A DNA stretch of 62,980 bases, counting the filler. It is 6 parts of 6 records of this genome, joined end to end, with 100 filler letters (N's around TTAATTAATTAA, not from the genome) between each part and the next. Parts side by side here need not be neighbours in the genome. Positions count along the whole stretch, not along the records: positions 57,265 to 62,980 come from DRR723986_9557; 5 more parts are not named here. One strand, 5' to 3'. Shown here one piece after another: positions 58,186 through 62,980 of the stretch; position 1 is the stretch's first letter, and every line of letters starts with the position of its first letter. A program made the translations under genes and the position numbers. Below the pieces are notes generated by a model that saw only the letters and a program-made list of their open reading frames with translations, was not told the origin of the DNA and ran no database searches.

Positions 58186-59826
58186 TCACGCCCAACCGAC
58201 GTGGTGGATGTTGATTTCGAACTTGGGATGCATGTCCGAATTCACCAGACCCGGCACGTTGCTGCGATAGAGCGAGCGCCAGTAGGACTGGTTCACAACC
58301 GCATCGTCCTGCATGATCTGTTCGATCTGGGCCATGATCTCGCGGCGCGCATCTGCGTCCGGGATGCCGCTGGCCTGGGTCAGCAGTTCGTCGAACTCGG
58401 GGTTCGCATAGGCGGTCTCGTTCCACGGCACACCGGAACGGTAAGCCAGGTTCAGAACCATGACACCCAGTTCGCGGTGGTTCCAGGTGGTGGACGAGAA
58501 CGGATAGCTTGCCCAGTCGTTCCAGAAGGTCGAACCCGGGATCACGCGGCGATCGACGTTGAAACCAGCGTCACGCAGCTGCGCGGCAAGGGCATCGGTC
58601 GAGTCCCGCTCGAAACCACCGTCAAGCGACACGATTTCGAACACGTGGTCGGCATGGCCCGATTCCTGAAGCAGGGCATAGGCTGCGTCCTTGTCCACCG
58701 TGCGTGCGGGAAGTTCCGCATATTCGGGATGGATCGGGCAGACATGGTGGTTTTCCGCCAGCGTGCCGCGACCGGCATAGCCCAGTTCCAGAACGACCTG
58801 CGGATCGACAGCCATGTTCACGGCCTGACGCACCATCACGTTGTCATAGGGCGCATTGTCCTGATTCATGCGGATACACAGTGTTGCCGCAGTGGTGGCT
58901 TCGGTGGTTTCCCAGCCGATGGCTTCGAAGATGTCGATGAAGTCACCGGTGGTCTCGTAGGTCATGTCAAACTCTTCGGCTTCCGCGCCGGACAGCCAGG
59001 CCGCCGGGTCAGAGCCGAGGTCAACGAACTCGACGCGGTCGAGATAGGCGTTGCCCCAATAGGTGTGGTTGGGGTTCTTCACCCAGACCGCGCCCACGCC
59101 CACTTCGTGGCTTTCCAGCATGTAGGCGCCGGTGCCCACGCCGTGAACCAGAGGGTCTTGCCCGATCAGATCGCGGTGCTGAACAGCAGAGGGATAGTCC
59201 GCCACGCCTGCGATGATCGAGATGTCGCCAGAGGGCAGGTTGATCTGAACGGTGTGGCTGTCGACGACGACAATGCCGCCTTCGCGGGCCATGCCGGTGT
59301 CGGGATCGACCAGACCGCCCATGCGCGAGGCCATAGAGTTGCCTTCGACCGAGCTGTCGCACCAGCCGCGGAAGTTTGCAGCCACGTCTTCAGCGTCGAA
59401 CGCATCGCCGTTGTTCCAGGTCACGCCCTGACGCACGTGCAGGGTGTACTGGGTGGCGTGGTCATTGGCTTCCCAGCTTTCCAGCAGGCGGCCGGTGAAC
59501 GACCCGTCGCGGTTGTACTCCACGAGGTACTCGGTCAGGCCACGGGACATGTTGCCCAGTTCCGACCAGTCATAGGACCGTGGGTCTTTGCCCGGACGCA
59601 CGGTCTGCTGAATGCGCAGGGTGCCGCCCATGGAGGGCGCCGTCATGTGGCCGTCTGCCAGAGCAGGCGACAGGCCGATCAAGGAGTAGGCTGCGGCGGT
59701 CCCGACACCAAGTGCACTGGCACGGGTCAGGAATTCACGGCGGCTCAACTGGCCTTTTTTGTATTCCTCCGCATACATTTCCGCTGCCGGATGCGATTTG
59801 AGGAAGGAGGTGGATTGTTGCGTCAT
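58186..59826 (-). CDS. Family 5 ABC transporter substrate-binding protein, Tat-exported
   Basis: SRREFL twin-arginine motif; LLESWE, GVTWNNG, GTGAY, WNET. Confidence 0.93.
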   Translation of the reverse strand: MTQQSTSFLKSHPAAEMYAEEYKKGQLSRREFLTRASALGVGTAAAYSLIGLSPALADGHMTAPSMGGTLRIQQTVRPGKDPRSYDWSELGNMSRGLTEYLVEYNRDGSFTGRLLESWEANDHATQYTLHVRQGVTWNNGDAFDAEDVAANFRGWCDSSVEGNSMASRMGGLVDPDTGMAREGGIVVVDSHTVQINLPSGDISIIAGVADYPSAVQHRDLIGQDPLVHGVGTGAYMLESHEVGVGAVWVKNPNHTYWGNAYLDRVEFVDLGSDPAAWLSGAEAEEFDMTYETTGDFIDIFEAIGWETTEATTAATLCIRMNQDNAPYDNVMVRQAVNMAVDPQVVLELGYAGRGTLAENHHVCPIHPEYAELPARTVDKDAAYALLQESGHADHVFEIVSLDGGFERDSTDALAAQLRDAGFNVDRRVIPGSTFWNDWASYPFSSTTWNHRELGVMVLNLAYRSGVPWNETAYANPEFDELLTQASGIPDADARREIMAQIEQIMQDDAVVNQSYWRSLYRSNVPGLVNSDMHPKFEINIHHVGWA

Positions 59827-59969
59827 TGTCGTCTCCCTGTGACACACTCTTTTATTCTTTGCTCTTCTTCTGGTCAGAGAGCAGCTGAGCCCGAAGAAGC
59901 GTTGCAGAGATCATTACCGCACCTTTCCCGCCCGCGCGTCAATGGTGCGGGCAGGTCTTTTTTTGTCTT

Positions 59970-60021
59970 AATGCGACATGATAAGCGTCGAAATGCGACA
60001 TGTCCCTTGTTCAGCGACATG
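59970..60021. promoter_or_regulatory. Direct-repeat operator candidate upstream of the ABC operon
   Basis: AATGCGACATG at 59970 and 59992; GCGACATG at 60014. Confidence 0.55.
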
Positions 60022-60053
60022 TGCAGTTGCGGCATTGGGGCCTCGTCCGGAAA

Positions 60054-60860
60054 TCAGCCTGCAAGCAGAATCTGCTGGACCGGCAACAGCTTTCTGAATT
60101 CCGATGGCGTTCGGCCGGTAAGTTTCGAGAAGGCGCGGGTGAAATACGCCGCCGAGGAAAAGCCCAGTTCCGCGGCGATATCGCGGGCAGCCATGTCGGA
60201 GTCCACCAGCATCGTACAGGCTTCGTGCATGATCCGTTCCTGCAAAATGGCCAGCGCCGGACGCCCCGAGGCGTCGCGGCAAATGCGCGACAGATGCGTT
60301 GGTGTGACGCCAAGCTGTTCGGCATAGTCGGACACGCCCTTGCCAGAACGAAACCCTCGTTCGACGAGGGCCGCGTATTTTTCCGCCAGCACATGCGTTC
60401 GGTCGCGCAGGATACTGCCGTCGTGAATGGTCAGTTGCCGGGCGATCCAGACGGAAATCAGCAATCCGTAGGCGCGCAGAGCTTCCTCCTTCGCGGCGGC
60501 GTGGGCGGCCATTTCCTGCTCGATCTTGTCGAGATAGCCGGAAAACTGAGACTGCGCTTCCACACTCGTTACCCGAATGTGAAAGGGCACATTCGGCAGG
60601 TTAAGCGTCGGATCGAACGGCAATTCCAGCAATTCGCCTTGCACTTGCCCGGACAGTTCCAGCGACATCATCGTGGCGGCAGGGATGAAGACAGCGGTGT
60701 TCGGACCATAGCCCCGCGTCACGGCCCCGATGGAAAACCGGCCCTGACCGCGCGTGAACCAGAACAGCTGAGGGCGCGGACGCGAATGCAGCGTCGCGTG
60801 CCGCCATGCGGCGGCGCTGCGTAGTTTTGCCAGCGATGTGACGCGGTAGACCTGTGTCAT
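60054..60860 (-). CDS. AraC-family transcriptional regulator
   Basis: N-terminal cupin; YAEQLGVTPTHLSR and IAAELGFSSAAYFTRAF..TGRTPSEFR double HTH. Confidence 0.95.
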   Translation of the reverse strand: MTQVYRVTSLAKLRSAAAWRHATLHSRPRPQLFWFTRGQGRFSIGAVTRGYGPNTAVFIPAATMMSLELSGQVQGELLELPFDPTLNLPNVPFHIRVTSVEAQSQFSGYLDKIEQEMAAHAAAKEEALRAYGLLISVWIARQLTIHDGSILRDRTHVLAEKYAALVERGFRSGKGVSDYAEQLGVTPTHLSRICRDASGRPALAILQERIMHEACTMLVDSDMAARDIAAELGFSSAAYFTRAFSKLTGRTPSEFRKLLPVQQILLAG

Positions 60861-60944
60861 GGGGCGGAGACTAGGCCCAGAATTCCGGTAATGCCAGAAC
60901 TGCGTTAAGGAAAGTGACCAATTGGCGTATTCCTGATTGCCCGG

Positions 60945-61832
60945 TCAGGGAAGCGCAATCCGGCGCCAATTGCCCATCCTGGCCCGGAACCAGGTGCGTT
61001 GTCGTTTGGCGTATTGACGGCTGCCGATGATTGCGGCCTCTCGGGCGGCTTGCAGCGTCATGTTTCCGCGAATGACGGCAATCAGTTCCGGCCCGCCAAT
61101 GGCTTTCGCCGCGCCCGCAGCGCGATGCCAGACGGGTTCCATGGCGCGGGCTTCGTCCATGGCGCCGCCTGCCAGCATCAGGTCGAACCGCCGCTCGATT
61201 CGGTCCGCCAGCCAGTCGCGATCGGCATCGAGCAGCAGTGGCTGCGCCTTGGACAGGGGCAATGCGGGGGCAGGCGTGTCCGCTTGCCAGTCCGACAGGG
61301 GCCGCCCGGTGGCGCGCAACACCTCCCACGCGCGCTGAACGCGCATCGGGTTTTGCCGGTCGATGCGCGCGGAAATGACCGGATCTTCGCGGTCGAGGGC
61401 TGCCAGCATCTCGGCGGGGTCGAGTGCATCGGCCTCTGCCCGGATGTCCGGCGAGGTGGCCGGGATCTCGGCAAGCCCTTCTGTCAGCGCCGCAAAATAG
61501 AGCCCGCTGCCGCCCACGATGATCGGGCGCGGGCCGGATGACAGCAGTGGCAAGACTTCCCGCAGCCAGTGGCCGGTGGAATACTCGGCGTCAAAACCCA
61601 CATGACCGAATAGTGCGTGCGGGGCTGCGGCCTCTTCTTCCGGCGAAGGGCGCGCGGTCAGAACGCGCCAGCCGTCATAGACCTGCAAGGCATCCGCATT
61701 GACGATCCGTCCGCCGTGCCGGTCGGCGATTTCCAGCGCCAGCGCCGTTTTGCCCGATGCGGTCGGCCCGGCGATCAGAATCGGCAGTTCCGATGAGAGT
61801 GAATTTATATCAATCAACAGGTTATGCGCCAT
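60945..61832 (-). CDS. miaA: tRNA dimethylallyltransferase
   Basis: [35 protein letters not shown]. Confidence 0.96.
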   Translation of the reverse strand: MAHNLLIDINSLSSELPILIAGPTASGKTALALEIADRHGGRIVNADALQVYDGWRVLTARPSPEEEAAAPHALFGHVGFDAEYSTGHWLREVLPLLSSGPRPIIVGGSGLYFAALTEGLAEIPATSPDIRAEADALDPAEMLAALDREDPVISARIDRQNPMRVQRAWEVLRATGRPLSDWQADTPAPALPLSKAQPLLLDADRDWLADRIERRFDLMLAGGAMDEARAMEPVWHRAAGAAKAIGGPELIAVIRGNMTLQAAREAAIIGSRQYAKRQRTWFRARMGNWRRIALP

Positions 61833-61979
61833 TCTTAAAGTGACTTATCAATTTTCCCGGGATAGTGATTGCCCGTTGAACCTGTCTGTTATTTAGGCCA
61901 TGTTGCCCCCGGTCGCAAAGGTGCCCAAACTGAAGGCACGTTTTGCTGCCGCCATGCCATAGACATTCAAGGATTCTCC

Positions 61980-62708
61980 ATGCCCTCCGACACCGCGTCC
62001 GCACCCGCCTATTCCCGCGTCATGCTGAAAATCTCGGGCGAGGCGCTGATGGGCGATCAGGGCTATGGGCTGCATCCGCCGACCGTCGAGCGGATCGCAC
62101 GAGAGGTGCAGTCTGTTCACTCCATGGGGGTCGAGATCTGCATGGTCATCGGCGGCGGCAACATCTTCCGCGGCCTTCAGGGCAGCGCTCAGGGGATGGA
62201 GCGGGCAACCGCTGATTACATGGGGATGCTGGCCACTGTCATGAACGCGCTGGCGATGCAGGGCGCGTTGGAAAAATTGGGGATCCACACCCGCGTGATC
62301 AGCGCCATCCCGATGGATCAGGTGTGCGAGCCCTATATCCGCCGCCGCGCCGTGCGCCACCTTGAGAAAAAGCGCGTGGTGATCTTTGCCGCCGGCACCG
62401 GCAACCCCTATTTCACCACCGACACAGCCGCGACGCTGCGGGCCAATGAAATGAACTGTCAGGCGATCTTCAAGGGCACCAAGGTGGACGGGGTCTATGA
62501 CAAGGATCCGGTCAAATACGACGATGCCGAACGCTATGACACGATTTCCTATGACGACGTGCTGGCGCAGCATCTGGGCGTCATGGATGCCTCGGCCATT
62601 GCGCTCGCGCGCGAGAATGACATGCCGATCATCGTCTTCAGTCTGGACGAGCCCGGCGGTTTCAAAGGTATCCTTGCCGGGGAAGGCACCTATACAAAGG
62701 TGCTGTGA
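61980..62708 (+). CDS. pyrH: UMP kinase
   Basis: [37 protein letters not shown]. Confidence 0.97.
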   Translation: MPSDTASAPAYSRVMLKISGEALMGDQGYGLHPPTVERIAREVQSVHSMGVEICMVIGGGNIFRGLQGSAQGMERATADYMGMLATVMNALAMQGALEKLGIHTRVISAIPMDQVCEPYIRRRAVRHLEKKRVVIFAAGTGNPYFTTDTAATLRANEMNCQAIFKGTKVDGVYDKDPVKYDDAERYDTISYDDVLAQHLGVMDASAIALARENDMPIIVFSLDEPGGFKGILAGEGTYTKVL

Positions 62709-62755
62709 ACGGGGTAGAACCCAATCAACGATCAAGACCTGACGGAGTAACGGGC

Positions 62756-62980
62756 ATGTCCGAGGACGATATCGAGATTGATCTGGACGATCTGAGCCGC
62801 CGGATGGACGGCGCAATTGCGTCCCTCAGAACGGAATTCGCATCTTTGCGCACGGGCCGGGCCTCGGCCTCGATGCTGGAACCGGTGCAGGTCGAGGCGT
62901 ATGGCCAGATGACCCCGATCAACCAGGTGGGCACCGTGAACGTGCCCGAACCGCGCATGGTCACCATCAATGTCTGGGAC
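62756..62980 (+). CDS. frr: Ribosome recycling factor (3' truncated)
   Basis: Translated by hand: [42 protein letters not shown]; follows pyrH. Confidence 0.93.
   Translation, partial: MSEDDIEIDLDDLSRRMDGAIASLRTEFASLRTGRASASMLEPVQVEAYGQMTPINQVGTVNVPEPRMVTINVWD

Overview
The window is a concatenation of six unrelated contig pieces joined by 100-nt artificial spacers (N44-TTAATTAATTAA-N44 at 7862-7961, 26129-26228, 40679-40778, 47904-48003, 57165-57264), so gene context cannot be read across them. Pieces 1 (1-7861), 4 (40779-47903), 5 (48004-57164) and 6 (57265-62980) look like GC-rich Rhodobacteraceae. Pieces 2 (7962-26128) and 3 (26229-40678) look like Planctomycetes (Pirellulaceae-type). 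Most genes are recognisable housekeeping or metabolic genes (recG, hemG, def, parE, rpoH2, cobU, cryB, leuA, rnhA, ispH, miaA, pyrH, frr). The best candidate for an undescribed system is a divergent pair in piece 4: a vanadium-haloperoxidase-fold protein whose vanadate-binding residues appear rewired (axial His replaced by Cys), facing a signal-less subtilase with an intact triad, with a CtrA-like box between them. Other points of interest are an unannotated Leu-rich leader peptide with a pseudoknot upstream of leuA, a ~150-nt hairpin RNA candidate behind a consensus sigma54 promoter, a membrane pseudokinase, a kinase-STAND-TPR protein with a nearby ECF remnant, an RpoE>RpoH2>CryB promoter cascade, and a RES-Xre toxin-antitoxin module with its operator. 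No rRNA, tRNA, CRISPR array or transposase was seen. All family assignments come from motif recognition, not database searches.
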